64,000 nucleotides of DNA from Cohaesibacter gelatinilyticus (GCF_900215605.1 NZ_OBEL01000003.1:319523-383522), one strand, 5' to 3'; shown: positions 42,499-53,400, counted from the stretch's first letter. Program-made: numbers and translations. The notes: generated by a model not told the origin, from the sequence alone.

Positions 42499-42750
42499 TG
42501 GAGCCTGTTCCTTTTCTTTGCCGCTGCATCGCAACAGCGCAATCTTCGATTGGGCCAGAAGGACGAGCAGTTACCTCACAAAGGACTTATCTATGAAGGG
42601 CCTTTGCTGGTCTCAAACAAAGTCGAATAGAATTCGACAACAAAAGGCGGCACATGGAGGCCGCCATCAGGCCGTGCTTATAGTGTAGTGCTTTATAACC
42701 GTCAACTGATTTATATTCCGATCAAAGCGACATTGTGCTCTGTTGAAATA

Positions 42751-42784
42751 ACAAAAGGCGCGAGAAGCCTCCCGCGCCTTTGCA
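42751..42784 (-). terminator. Rho-independent terminator after the enoyl-CoA hydratase gene (AAGGCGCG-agaagcctcc-CGCGCCTT plus T-run)
   Basis: Read directly in the sequence. Confidence 0.55.
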
Positions 42785-42815
42785 ATTGTCTTTCAACGGA
42801 AATCCGTCAATGGAG

Positions 42816-43589
42816 TTACTTGTTCTTGAATTGTGGTTTGCGCTTGTCGACGAAAGCGGCCATGCCTTCGCTCTGATCTTCGGTTGCAAACATGGAATGG
42901 AACAGGCGACGCTCAAATTTCAGGCCTTCATTGAGCGTGGTCTCATAAGAGCGATTGACGCTTTCCTTGGTCATCATGACGATTGGCAGGGAGAAATCGG
43001 CAATCTTCTGCGCGGTTTTGACGGCTTCCTCCACCAGATCACCTGCTGGAACGATGCGTGATACCAAACCGCAGCGCTCGGCTTCCTCTGCATCCATCAT
43101 GCGACCGGTCAGGCACATATCCATGGCTTTGGATTTGCCGACGAAACGGGTCAGGCGCTGGGAACCACCGGCACCTGGCATGACGCCGAGAGTGATTTCC
43201 GGCTGACCGAATTTTGCGTTGTCACCGGCAAGAATGAAATCACACATCATGGCCAGCTCGCAGCCACCTCCGAGTGCATAACCGGCAACAGCGGCGATGA
43301 TGGGCTTGCGGTTTTGTGCAACACGATCCCAAGGCGTGATGAAATCACCCAGATAGGCATCCATATAGCTCATGGAGGACATTTCTTTGATATCGGCGCC
43401 TGCGGCGAAGGCTTTTTCAGATCCGGTAATGACAACAGCACCAATCTTCTCGTCTTTCTCATACCCGTCCAAAGCTTCTGATACTTCGGCAATCAGGTCC
43501 GAGCAAAGCGCATTCAGTGCTTTGGGGCGGTTAAGAGTGATCAGGCCAACGCCATTGCGGGTCTCTGTCAAAATATGTTCGTAAGCCAT
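42816..43589 (-). CDS. Enoyl-CoA hydratase (short-chain, crotonase family)
   Basis: Start at MAYEHILTE. Crotonase motifs [15 protein letters not shown] and [19 protein letters not shown]. Confidence 0.85.
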   Translation of the reverse strand: MAYEHILTETRNGVGLITLNRPKALNALCSDLIAEVSEALDGYEKDEKIGAVVITGSEKAFAAGADIKEMSSMSYMDAYLGDFITPWDRVAQNRKPIIAAVAGYALGGGCELAMMCDFILAGDNAKFGQPEITLGVMPGAGGSQRLTRFVGKSKAMDMCLTGRMMDAEEAERCGLVSRIVPAGDLVEEAVKTAQKIADFSLPIVMMTKESVNRSYETTLNEGLKFERRLFHSMFATEDQSEGMAAFVDKRKPQFKNK

Positions 43590-43920
43590 CAAGTCCTCCT
43601 GAAGTGGCAGCAAAGTGGCAATCATGCAAAATCCGGACGGCAAATCATAAGATCTGCCCAATTGGTTGGTTGATGCTATGGCTAGCGTGTTCAGCCAAAG
43701 GGTGCAAGTTCGCTTTCTGTCTCACATGGCGTGTCACGGATTAGAGCTCGGACTACCTCTGCAGTCCCTTCAATTGCTATCTTGTTTCAAAAAAGCTGCC
43801 CTACTTTGCCTCATGGGCCAGAAGCTTTCAACGACATATTACGTAAACTGTTGGTTCTTGGCTAAAGGACCAGTATAATGGATTATCACGTTGCGAGGGT
43901 ATAGGGGGAGCAAGCGAGGC

Positions 43921-44670
43921 TTACAGATCTTGGGAAAGCATTGAGGGATCAATCTCACGGTGGTCCAGAACGCCATGCAGAAATTTGGCAAGATCATCGC
44001 TTACATAGCCGACATGGGGCGCTTCCGGGCCCTTGGCTTGCCAGCTTTCCTGAAAGACCGCTTTCGTATGACCGGGAACCATCAAAATTGTTTGCATTCC
44101 TAAATCATGGGGTACCTTGAGATTACGGGCCAGATCTTCAAACATGGCTGAATTTTTGGGATTCAAACCGGTCTCGGACAAGAGTTTTTCATACGGTGCC
44201 CGATTGGGTTTCGGATCCAGATCAGCCCAAACAATATCGAAGATGTCATCAATATGATCGGTAATACCAAGGCGCTCGGCCACGGCGAGGGCGTGCTTTT
44301 CGGTGCCATTGGTAAAGATATAGCGTTTACCGGGTAGGGCGCAGATAGCCCTTGCAAGGTCCGGGTCAGGCTTCACCCAAGTGTGATCGATATTATGGAC
44401 ATGTTCCAGAAAATCATCAGGATGAATGTCATGCTCGATCATCAAGCCGCGCAGGGTTGTGCCATGCTCCTTGTAATAGCCCTCTCTAAGAGTGGTTGCC
44501 TCATCCACCGGGATATCCAGAAGCCGCGCCACATAATCACTCATTTTTTCGTTCATCTGTTTGAACAGATTGGTAGAGGGAGGATAGAGCGTGTTGTCGA
44601 GATCAAAGATCCAGGTATCGATCCCGTCAAAAGCGGTAAAATCGTAGCCAGCAAAGCCGTTGGCGGACAT
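43921..44670 (-). CDS. HAD-superfamily pyrimidine 5'-nucleotidase (SDT1/YjjG-like)
   Basis: 249 aa. HAD motif I FDLDNTLY and motif III/IV region ILMVPGHTK...FED. Confidence 0.7.
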   Translation of the reverse strand: MSANGFAGYDFTAFDGIDTWIFDLDNTLYPPSTNLFKQMNEKMSDYVARLLDIPVDEATTLREGYYKEHGTTLRGLMIEHDIHPDDFLEHVHNIDHTWVKPDPDLARAICALPGKRYIFTNGTEKHALAVAERLGITDHIDDIFDIVWADLDPKPNRAPYEKLLSETGLNPKNSAMFEDLARNLKVPHDLGMQTILMVPGHTKAVFQESWQAKGPEAPHVGYVSDDLAKFLHGVLDHREIDPSMLSQDL

Positions 44671-44884
44671 GGGGGCTCCTTGCCAATTGCAAAAACGAGT
44701 CGAAATGAAAGCACACTATGGACGATCTGTACTGCCTTGGCCAGCGCAATGGTGAACGGATGAGAATGATCCATTCAGATCGCTGGCTCGATGGTCTAGA
44801 CTGGTTGATAGGGGCATAAAAACAATGATTCGTTGAACCTTTTTGCGCATTACTGGTGAAAACGGGCGATCGAGGTGCAAGACA

Positions 44885-46405
44885 ATGAGCGAGAATGCAA
44901 ACAACACTGTTTCAGCTCACCCAATTGAGAGCGAGGGCGCGAACGGCTTGACAAATGGTGAGGTCAAATCTCTGCCATTGCAGCCGGATCCGGAGGATTT
45001 GAAGGTCAAGGGTTTCAGCCTTTCCTCAAAGCTCCTGTTGCTGACAATCCTGTTTGTCATGCTTAGCGAAGTGCTCATTTTCGTGCCATCCATTTCCAAA
45101 TTCCGCGTGGATTGGCTCTCGAGGAAACTCGAACTGGCTGAAGTGGCTGCACTTGCCTATACGCAAGCCTCACCAGATATGATGAATGAGATGTTCGAGG
45201 AAACTCTCCTGGATCGACTCAAGGTTCAGACACTCGCGCTGCGCAAGGAAGGCCAGCGTCAATTGCTTGCGATGATTGACATGCCAGGTGTTATCCGGCG
45301 GGATGACGATATCGGTGCCATGACACCTGTCCAGTCGATATTTGCAGCATTCGATACCTTGATGTGGGGAGATGGCAGGACCATTCGTGTGATGGGAGAG
45401 TCCTCCTATACCAAGGGCGTGATTGAGTTGGTTTTCGACGAAACCCCCTTGCGTCAGGCAATGTTTCAGTTTGCCATCAATATCCTGGTATTGTCGCTGG
45501 TAATCTCGGTGATCACGGCCACACTTGTCTATCTCTCGCTGCGCGGCTTGCTCATTCGACCGATCCTCAGGATGTCTCGAAGCATGGTGCGCTTTTCGCA
45601 CAATCCTGATGACGTCACTGCGGTGATCAAACCATCTGGTCGTCAGGATGAAATCGGTATGACCGAACAGCAGCTTGCTCGCATGGAAATGGCACTGGCC
45701 AGAACCTTGAGCAAGCAGAAGCGCCTTGCCGATCTTGGCCTTGCAGTCTCGAAAATCAATCATGATTTGCGCAACATCCTGGCGTCTGCGCAGCTTTTCT
45801 CTGATCGTCTGAGCATGTTGGAAGATCCGACCGTCCAGCGTGTCGTTCCAAAGATCATGGGGGCGTTGGATCGGGCAGTCGATTATTCGCGTGCCGTGAT
45901 GTCATATGGAAAGGCGCAGGAAGAGCCACCGGAAAAGCGATTGCTCAATTTGCACAAAGTGGCTGATGAAGTCGCTGACTTTCTGGATCTGTCGGGTAAA
46001 AGCGAAATCGCCTTCTCGAATGCGGTTCCAGAAAATCTGGAAGTCTATGCGGATCCTGGTCAATTGTTCCGTATCATGCTGAATCTGTGCCGCAATTCCG
46101 TTCAGGTCATGAAAAACGAAGATGCAGATAGCGAAAGTGTTATTTCCCGACTGGAAATCTTTGCGGAGGAAACCGGCGACAAGACGGATATCGTGATTTC
46201 GGATACCGGACCCGGAGTGCCAGAGCAGGCGAAAGCATCGCTTTTCAAGGCGTTCCAGGGGTCGGTTCGCAAAGGTGGAACCGGTCTTGGTCTCGCAATT
46301 TCGGCAGAGCTGGTTCAGGCCCATGGCGGGAGTATCGCATTGCTGGAACGCTCTCCTGGTGCACATTTTCAAATCTGCCTGCCATCCCCTGATCAGGCGA
46401 GTTAA
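44885..46405 (+). CDS. Membrane-bound sensor histidine kinase (orphan: no adjacent response regulator)
   Basis: Start at MSENANN. Two transmembrane segments. HisKA H-box LAVSKINHDLRNILAS. HATPase N, G1 and G2 boxes (LNLCRNSVQV, DTGPGVP, GTGLGLAIS). Confidence 0.8.
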   Translation: MSENANNTVSAHPIESEGANGLTNGEVKSLPLQPDPEDLKVKGFSLSSKLLLLTILFVMLSEVLIFVPSISKFRVDWLSRKLELAEVAALAYTQASPDMMNEMFEETLLDRLKVQTLALRKEGQRQLLAMIDMPGVIRRDDDIGAMTPVQSIFAAFDTLMWGDGRTIRVMGESSYTKGVIELVFDETPLRQAMFQFAINILVLSLVISVITATLVYLSLRGLLIRPILRMSRSMVRFSHNPDDVTAVIKPSGRQDEIGMTEQQLARMEMALARTLSKQKRLADLGLAVSKINHDLRNILASAQLFSDRLSMLEDPTVQRVVPKIMGALDRAVDYSRAVMSYGKAQEEPPEKRLLNLHKVADEVADFLDLSGKSEIAFSNAVPENLEVYADPGQLFRIMLNLCRNSVQVMKNEDADSESVISRLEIFAEETGDKTDIVISDTGPGVPEQAKASLFKAFQGSVRKGGTGLGLAISAELVQAHGGSIALLERSPGAHFQICLPSPDQAS

Positions 46406-46431
46406 AATATCTTGATATAGAGACCATTACC

Positions 46432-46818
46432 ATGACCAGAGAAGAATTTGATGCCTATTGCGCCAGCCTGACGGCAACGACCAATGTCATTCAATGGGGC
46501 AATGCATCCGTCTGGAAAGTCGGTGGCAAGATTTTCGCCATCTGCTCCAATTGGGGAGAGGATGTTGAGGATAAGGAAACAGGTAAGCTTGGCATCAAGA
46601 TCAGCTTCAAGGTCTCGGATTTGGCGTTCGAAGTCCTGCCCGATCAGGAAGATATCATCCCGGCTCCCTATCTGGCGCGAGCCAAATGGGTACAGTTGGA
46701 GAGTATGGATGCCATGGACGATGAAGAGATCAAATCTCATATCGATGCGGCCCATGAAATCATTGGTCGTAAGCTGACCAAGAAGTTGCAAAAAGAGTTG
46801 GGCCTGTCTTGGGCCTAA
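46432..46818 (+). CDS. MmcQ/YjbR family DNA-binding protein
   Basis: 128 aa. Family-typical N-terminus FDAYCASL...WGNASVWKVGGKIFAI. Confidence 0.6.
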   Translation: MTREEFDAYCASLTATTNVIQWGNASVWKVGGKIFAICSNWGEDVEDKETGKLGIKISFKVSDLAFEVLPDQEDIIPAPYLARAKWVQLESMDAMDDEEIKSHIDAAHEIIGRKLTKKLQKELGLSWA

Positions 46819-46904
46819 AAGGTTTATAGTCAGAATAATTGCCTGACTATAAAAGCCCGACCAGAATTATTCCGACCGGGCTTTTCGTTTGTCTGAATTC
46901 CAGC

Positions 46905-48863
46905 TTATTTGCTGAGATCAATCCGATATTTGGCAAAGCCGTTTTCTGCCATGCCCATGGTTTCAAAGCCCATGCTGGTTGCCACATCCTTGGCAGATGG
47001 GCTGGATGTGAAGGAGACTTTTGCCTTGCCGCTCAATGGTGCAAAGCTCCAATTCTTATCGGCGGATGGGTTGATGGTCTTCTGATCGAAAATGTAATTG
47101 GCCAGAATGGTGCGGTTTTCATCCGGTGCTGAAATGATGATGTTGTCGCCTTTGAGCCCTGGGAAATTGCCGCCGCCACTGGCGCGATAATTATTGGTGG
47201 CAATGACGAATTCCTGTTTGGGATCAACTGGCTTGCCGTCAAACATCATGTCAACAATGCGGTGGCCGTCAGAAACCTTTTCACCTTTCTTGCTATAGCG
47301 AGCTGGCTTGGAGACATCAATCTTGTATGTGACACCATCAATCACATCAAAATTATAAGATGGAAAATCGGTGTTGATCAGAGCTTGCTCGCCATCCATT
47401 CCGGGCTTGATCTGGTTGAACTGCCCGGCGGACATTTCCAACCATTCACGCACTTCAGAGCCAGTCATTTTCACCACACGCAGGGTGTTTGGATAGATAT
47501 AAAGATCAGCCACATTTTTAAGAGCTATCTCACCTGCTGGCACTACGGTGAAATAGTCCGGGCCACCGCGACCGCCAGCCTTGAACGGAGCTCCAGCTGA
47601 GAGCACTGGTAGTCCGTCATATTCCGAACCATTGACCAGCTTCTGAACATACCATTTCTGTGCATTCGTCACGATCTGAATGGATGGATCATCGGCCACC
47701 AGCGCAAAATAGCTATTGATCGGAGCTGTGGTCTTGCCAACGCCTTTGCGCATATAGGCGATGGTTTCCTCATGTTCGTGCTTGATGGCTTCATTGATGG
47801 CAGCATCGGCTTCCACCAGCGGAATGGTCTTGCGGCCATCGCGCTTGTAAATACCACGCACAGACCCGGTACCATCAGAAACTTTCCAATTTCCAGTCTC
47901 TCCAGAAAGCGTCAGATCAATCACACCCAGATGTGAGCCCCAAAAACCAGGCATGGTGGCAGGCACACCATTAAGGGTACCTTTCGCGACATCTGCACCC
48001 GGGAAGCCTTCATATTTCTTCGAAGGGAAGACTAGATGACCATGGCCAAACAGGATGGCATCAATGCCTTCAACCTTGGAAAGATAGGCGGAGGCGTTTT
48101 CTTCCATGCCTTTGCGCTCGGATGTGGAGACTGAGGAATGCGGAATGGCGACGATGATATCGGCACCTTTTTCCTTCATCTGCGGCACATATTTATTGGC
48201 ACTGTCGATGATGTCTTCAACACGCAGTTTGCCTTCCAGATTGGCCTTGTCCCATTGCATGATCTGCGGAGGGGTGAAGCCGATCACGCCAACCTTGACC
48301 ATATGTTTGGAGCCATCTTCGGCTATAACGTCCTTGTTGATGATGATGTAAGGATCGTAAAGCGGCTTGTCGTTGGAAGGGTCTTTATCACCATCCAGCA
48401 CATAGACATTGGACAGCACATAAGGGAAATTTGCGCCCTTGATGGATTTTTTGAGGAAATCCAGACCGTAATTGAATTCATGATTGCCGATATTGGCAGC
48501 ATCATAATTCAGCATATTCATGGCTTTGTAGACCGGATGAACCTCACCATCCTTCAGGCCTTTTTCCTTGGCGATGTAATCGCCCAACGGATTGCCCTGA
48601 ATAAGATCACCATTGTCAAACAGCATGGAATTCTTGGCCTCAGACCGGGCAGTTTTTAAAAGGCTGGAGACCTTGGCAAGGCCAACTTTATCGGACTGTT
48701 TGTCGCGATAATAATCATAGTCGGCCAGATGCACATGAATGTCTGTGGTCTCAAGCAGGCGCAGTTTGACCTCGGCAGCTATGGCGGAGCCAGAAACCAT
48801 CGAAGTTGCAGCCATCGTGCTGCTCATCAGACCAGCGCAAAAAAAGGATTTCAAAATATTCAT
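46905..48863 (-). CDS. Bifunctional 2',3'-cyclic-nucleotide 2'-phosphodiesterase / 3'-nucleotidase (CpdB/UshA-family periplasmic metallophosphoesterase)
   Basis: Start at MNILKSFF (signal peptide). Calcineurin-like motifs DIHVHL, GDLIQGNP and GNHEFNYG. C-terminal 5'-nucleotidase domain. Confidence 0.8.
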   Translation of the reverse strand: MNILKSFFCAGLMSSTMAATSMVSGSAIAAEVKLRLLETTDIHVHLADYDYYRDKQSDKVGLAKVSSLLKTARSEAKNSMLFDNGDLIQGNPLGDYIAKEKGLKDGEVHPVYKAMNMLNYDAANIGNHEFNYGLDFLKKSIKGANFPYVLSNVYVLDGDKDPSNDKPLYDPYIIINKDVIAEDGSKHMVKVGVIGFTPPQIMQWDKANLEGKLRVEDIIDSANKYVPQMKEKGADIIVAIPHSSVSTSERKGMEENASAYLSKVEGIDAILFGHGHLVFPSKKYEGFPGADVAKGTLNGVPATMPGFWGSHLGVIDLTLSGETGNWKVSDGTGSVRGIYKRDGRKTIPLVEADAAINEAIKHEHEETIAYMRKGVGKTTAPINSYFALVADDPSIQIVTNAQKWYVQKLVNGSEYDGLPVLSAGAPFKAGGRGGPDYFTVVPAGEIALKNVADLYIYPNTLRVVKMTGSEVREWLEMSAGQFNQIKPGMDGEQALINTDFPSYNFDVIDGVTYKIDVSKPARYSKKGEKVSDGHRIVDMMFDGKPVDPKQEFVIATNNYRASGGGNFPGLKGDNIIISAPDENRTILANYIFDQKTINPSADKNWSFAPLSGKAKVSFTSSPSAKDVATSMGFETMGMAENGFAKYRIDLSK

Positions 48864-49224
48864 CAATATCTCCCCGAAAAAATATCTTTGAATAGAGGTG
48901 GAATTAGAAGCAGGTGGATTCATTTGATCGAGAAATGCGAACAGAACGGCACGCATGATCAAATGATTGAGAACATTAGATCCCAGCCAAATGACGGGAG
49001 CAAGACATTTGAACCTTGGCAAAGCTGCATCTTTTGGGGTGTGTCGAAAAGTGTAGAAATATCAATCTTTGTGAAAATGGCTTTGCACAGGCATGAGCGT
49101 AAAAGCTTGTCCTGATGGCATTTCTATGGCTGTCTGTGCAGCGGAAATTTCCGGCTTTTTACGTATGTAAGGCCCTGATTCGCCAAACAACGCTCGCAAT
49201 GCGGGCCAATAAGGATAAAAAGAG

Positions 49225-50118
49225 ATGAGCCAGCGCCAACCAATCCGCATCATTGATCGCAAGACGGGAGATGAATTTGAAGAAGTGGTGTTGGGTGAAA
49301 AATGGATCCGCTGGGCCTATCAGGATGCCAGTTCATCCTTGATCGAAAAGATGCTGTTTCGCTCACCCTTGATCAGCAAGTTGATGGGGGCTTATTACGA
49401 TTCTGCGCTTTCCAGGAGCAAGATCGATCCAACCATCAAGGAACTTGGCATTGATGAGAGCGAATTTGCCGATTCCAAGGACAGCTACAAGAGCTTCAAT
49501 GAATTTTTCATCCGGCATCTGAAGCCGGAAGCGCGCCCATATCGTACCGATCCCAATCTGATTCTCAGTCCTGCCGATGGTCGGGTGCTGGTCTTCCCGG
49601 AATTGGATGGCAACGACTTTGCCCCGGTCAAGGGCTATCCGTTTTCAATAGAGAAGATGTTGCCTGGCATTCATGAGCGCTTTGTCGGTGGCGCATTGGC
49701 AATCGTGCGTCTCTGCCCGGCTGACTATCACCGTTATCACTTTCCCTGCGATGGCATGATCACGCAAAGTCGGGATATCGAAGGCGCGTTGCACTCGGTC
49801 AATCCGATTGCCTTGGGAGCAGGGCCTGATGTTTTTGGTGAGAATAAACGCACCTATACCCTGATCGAGACCGAGAAAGCTGGCACCCTTGCTTATGTTG
49901 AAGTAGGGGCTTTCGGGGTTGGCGCAATCGTCAACACCAAGACATCCGGCCCGGTCAAGGCGATGGATGAAAAAGGTTATTTCAAATTTGGTGGCTCCAC
50001 CACGGTTCTCGTCTTTGAACCGGGCAAAATCCAGTTTTCTGGTGATCTCATCGTCAACAGTGCCGAGGGCAAGGAAACCCTGATCAAGGTCGGGGAGGAA
50101 CTTGCCCGAATTGTCTGA
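49225..50118 (+). CDS. psd: Phosphatidylserine decarboxylase proenzyme (archaeal-type/short form)
   Basis: 297 aa. Self-cleavage G-S-T motif in FKFGGSTTVLVF. PSD core YHRYHFP. Confidence 0.8.
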   Translation: MSQRQPIRIIDRKTGDEFEEVVLGEKWIRWAYQDASSSLIEKMLFRSPLISKLMGAYYDSALSRSKIDPTIKELGIDESEFADSKDSYKSFNEFFIRHLKPEARPYRTDPNLILSPADGRVLVFPELDGNDFAPVKGYPFSIEKMLPGIHERFVGGALAIVRLCPADYHRYHFPCDGMITQSRDIEGALHSVNPIALGAGPDVFGENKRTYTLIETEKAGTLAYVEVGAFGVGAIVNTKTSGPVKAMDEKGYFKFGGSTTVLVFEPGKIQFSGDLIVNSAEGKETLIKVGEELARIV

Positions 50119-50141
50119 ACTCTTCATAAAGGGCAAGTCTC

Positions 50142-50774
50142 ATGCAGCAAGATCATCTGGTCCTTGATCATATCGCCGTGGTCGCAACGTCGTTGGAGGC
50201 TGGTCTCAAACATGTTGAAGATCAGCTGGGCATCACCGTGCCTCCGGGCGGTCAGCATCCAAAAATGGGTACCCATAATCGACTGATGAGTTTGGGCGGC
50301 AATGAATATATGGAAGTCATAGCCATCGATCCTGATGCGCCTAAGCCTGACCACCCCAGATGGTTCGGGTTTGACTTTCCCTTGAAGGGTGATGCTTCCT
50401 TGGCAACCTGGATTGTCGGAACCAGTGATATCCAGCAAACCCTCAGTGATGCTCCGGCTCAGATGGGCAAAGCCATCGACATGGCACGTGGCGATCTGCA
50501 TTGGCAATTCTCGACCTCTGATGATGGTCGCTTGCCGTTTGATGGCACTTGCCCAACCCTGATTGAATGGCCAGAGGGGCCGCATCCATCAGGCAACATG
50601 ATCGATCTTGGCTGTCGCTTGCTCAAACTCACTATCTCTCACCCAAACATGGATGAGATCGAAGCCTTTCTGAAACCACGCTTTACGGATCAAAGGGTCG
50701 TTCTGAGGCACTCAGATGAGATTGGTTTGGAAGCGGAAATTCAAACCGCGGCAGGTGTTAAATTGCTCAGATAG
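50142..50774 (+). CDS. VOC (glyoxalase-like) family protein
   Basis: 210 aa. N-terminal LDHIAVV...HV and a second beta-alpha-beta-beta-beta module. Family-level call only. Confidence 0.5.
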   Translation: MQQDHLVLDHIAVVATSLEAGLKHVEDQLGITVPPGGQHPKMGTHNRLMSLGGNEYMEVIAIDPDAPKPDHPRWFGFDFPLKGDASLATWIVGTSDIQQTLSDAPAQMGKAIDMARGDLHWQFSTSDDGRLPFDGTCPTLIEWPEGPHPSGNMIDLGCRLLKLTISHPNMDEIEAFLKPRFTDQRVVLRHSDEIGLEAEIQTAAGVKLLR

Positions 50775-50775
50775 A

Positions 50776-51363
50776 TCATTGCCATTTTCGCTGATTGATA
50801 ACTGCTTCAATCTCGTTGAAAATCTGGTCGACATCTGTTGCTGGCGGAGTGGTTTGTAGTAAGTGTTCTGCTGCTATTATGCTGATAATATTCGGAAATT
50901 TAACATTTCCGTTAAAGTTATAATGTGTGAGGATACTGCCATTTATGCACTGATATATAGCTGATCTATCGATGTTCCCAACGTCAACAAAAGTTAGGTT
51001 GGGATGGTTTTCGATCCTGCAGCCCGGCACATTTCCTGAAATATTGAAATGGATATTGGGGTAGGTTTTTTTTGAAAAAAGCCCATAAGGAAACAGCTTT
51101 ATTCCCTTATCTCTAATCTTGAATGACTTCCATAGTAGAGTGGTGATAGAGCAATTGGTACGGGACAGCGGAATACTGTCACAGTCCCATATAATGTCTG
51201 GGTTTTTGTTCCAGCGTTGGAAATTCCGAGCTGCCTCCCTGTCTATTCTTTTGTTCTTTTCCTGGCTAAATTCTTGTTCGTTCAACGCTGTACGCACAAT
51301 ATCGACAGCATATGCAGGTGCTGCCGCGATCAGAAATAAAAATATGTATGTGGTGAGCCGCAT
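50776..51363 (-). CDS. Low-GC orphan secreted hypothetical protein (Cys- and Asn-rich)
   Basis: Signal peptide MRLTTYIFLFLIAAAPAYA. About 40% GC against about 52% for neighbours, estimated by eye. No recognisable domain. ORF extends to 51405. Confidence 0.45.
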   Translation of the reverse strand: MRLTTYIFLFLIAAAPAYAVDIVRTALNEQEFSQEKNKRIDREAARNFQRWNKNPDIIWDCDSIPLSRTNCSITTLLWKSFKIRDKGIKLFPYGLFSKKTYPNIHFNISGNVPGCRIENHPNLTFVDVGNIDRSAIYQCINGSILTHYNFNGNVKFPNIISIIAAEHLLQTTPPATDVDQIFNEIEAVINQRKWQ

Positions 51364-51383
51364 GGAATGATGATCCTGGATCG

Positions 51384-52151
51384 TTAAAGCATCTCCTCGA
51401 CGCATCGAATAAGCCGGGCCAAGTCTTCGTCGCGAGACAAGCGATGATCGCCGTCTTTGACGAGGGTGAGCCGCACGTCATCGCGGGCGAGGCGAGAAAC
51501 AAGATCAACGGCCATTTGCCATGGCACGGCGTCATCCAGAACCCCTTGCAGGATATGAACCGGGCAGCCGGTCTCTATCATGGCGTCACCAAACAGATGC
51601 TGTTTGCCGTCTTCAATCAGATCAAGGGTGATCTGATAAGGTTCGCCATAGTCACTTGGCTGCTCATAAACGCCGGTCGCTTTCATGCCTGCGCGGATCT
51701 CGTCGTCAAATTTGTCCCACATCAGATCCTTGGTCATATCGATTGCAGGTGCAATCAGGATGAGGCCTTTGATGCGGCTATTCTCGACGCCAATGGCCTT
51801 GATATGCGCAACGGTTAGCAGCAGCGCCAGCCAGCCGCCCATGGAAGAGCCGATGATAATTTGCTCGCCTTCCGTTCTGTTGAAAATGGCAAGGCTTTCT
51901 TCGAGCCATTTGGAAATGGTGCCGTCGGTAAAGGCACCACCCGAAATACCATGACCGGAATAGTCGTAGCGCATGCAGCCATGGCCGGTTTTCTCAGCCC
52001 ATTCATCAAGCACCAGAACCTTGGAACCTTCCATGTCGGATTTATAGCCGCCCATCCAAAAGACGCCACATGCGCTGTCTTTTCCGGGGCGGTGATTGAA
52101 CTTGATTTCCCGTCCGCCCACGTTAAGCATTTGCATCTGAATGGCAGTCAT
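51384..52151 (-). CDS. Alpha/beta hydrolase fold protein
   Basis: 255 aa. Nucleophile elbow GSSMGG. HGxxG-like oxyanion region and C-terminal DGDH. Confidence 0.7.
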   Translation of the reverse strand: MTAIQMQMLNVGGREIKFNHRPGKDSACGVFWMGGYKSDMEGSKVLVLDEWAEKTGHGCMRYDYSGHGISGGAFTDGTISKWLEESLAIFNRTEGEQIIIGSSMGGWLALLLTVAHIKAIGVENSRIKGLILIAPAIDMTKDLMWDKFDDEIRAGMKATGVYEQPSDYGEPYQITLDLIEDGKQHLFGDAMIETGCPVHILQGVLDDAVPWQMAVDLVSRLARDDVRLTLVKDGDHRLSRDEDLARLIRCVEEML

Positions 52152-52218
52152 TGCTATGTCTCCGTCAAATATTCCTTCGCGCCTCCATTGAGTCGCGCCT
52201 TTGCCTCAAGGCTGTAGC

Positions 52219-53400
52219 ATGAAAAACGCCCCGACCATATTGCAAGTTATTCCTTGGCTCGATTCCGGCGGCGTTGAACGTGGAACAGTGGATATCGCCA
52301 AGGCCATTATCGATGCCGGGGGCAAGGCATTGGTGGCGTCCGAGCGCGGCCGTTTGAGCGCGGATCTTGAAGAGATGGGCGGCGTTCAATTGGAGTTTGA
52401 AGGCAGAACCAAAAATCCCTTCAAGATCCTTCATAGCCATGCCAAACAGATCGAGAAAATGATCAAGGAGCAGGGCGTGGATCTGGTGCATGCTCGCTCA
52501 CGAGCACCGGCTTGGTCGGCTTATCTTGCAGCCAGAAGAGCTGGGGTACCTTTTGTTACCACCTATCACGGGGCCTACAGTCAAAAGGGCCGCTTCAAGG
52601 CCTTCTATAATTCGGTCATGGCCAAGGGTGATGTGGTGATTGCCAATTCTGGCTATACCCGCGATCTGGTAGCAGGGCGTAATCCAGATGCCAAAGATCG
52701 CCTTACCGTCATTTATCGTGGTGTTGATCTGGAAAAATTTGATCCTGCTGTGATCTCGAAGGAGCGCATACAAGCATTGCGTAGCAAGTGGGGGTTGGCT
52801 GAGCGTCCTGTTCTACTGCTTCCCTCTCGCCTGACGCGCTGGAAAGGGCAAGCTTTCATTCTGCCGGTTTTGGGCGTGCTGAAGAAACAAGGGCTTTCCT
52901 TTCAGGTGGCTTTGATCGGGGATGATCAGGGACGGCAAAGTTACGTCGAAGAACTGGATGCGTTGACTCTGGCGCATGGTTTGCAGGACATGGTCAAACG
53001 CGTAGGTCATTGTGCAGATATGCCTGCGGCTTATGCTCTGGCGGATGTGACCATCGTGCCTTCGCAGGATGCAGAGACATTTGGCCGCTCTGCGGCAGAA
53101 AGCCTTGCCATGCAAACGCCTGTTCTGGTCGGTGATTTGGGTGCGCAGCCCGAGGTCGTAGCTGCCCCAGAAGGGTTTGAAGGTGATAGCTGGCTAGGGC
53201 AAAGTTTAACTCATGGCGATGAAAAAGCATGGCAAGACGCCTTAGTCAAATCACTGACCTCAAAAGCTGATAAGACCAGTGAACAGGCGATTAAGGCACG
53301 TGACCATGTTGCAAAGACCTTTTCACTGCAATCCATGGGACAGCAAACTATGGCCGTTTATGATCAATTGATCGGTTCGACGCTGGTCGCTAAGGAATAA
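52219..53400 (+). CDS. GT4-family (group 1) glycosyltransferase
   Basis: Start at MKNAPTIL. N-terminal GGVERG donor-binding motif. C-terminal EX7E-like region ETFGRSAAESLAMQTPVL. Confidence 0.75.
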   Translation: MKNAPTILQVIPWLDSGGVERGTVDIAKAIIDAGGKALVASERGRLSADLEEMGGVQLEFEGRTKNPFKILHSHAKQIEKMIKEQGVDLVHARSRAPAWSAYLAARRAGVPFVTTYHGAYSQKGRFKAFYNSVMAKGDVVIANSGYTRDLVAGRNPDAKDRLTVIYRGVDLEKFDPAVISKERIQALRSKWGLAERPVLLLPSRLTRWKGQAFILPVLGVLKKQGLSFQVALIGDDQGRQSYVEELDALTLAHGLQDMVKRVGHCADMPAAYALADVTIVPSQDAETFGRSAAESLAMQTPVLVGDLGAQPEVVAAPEGFEGDSWLGQSLTHGDEKAWQDALVKSLTSKADKTSEQAIKARDHVAKTFSLQSMGQQTMAVYDQLIGSTLVAKE

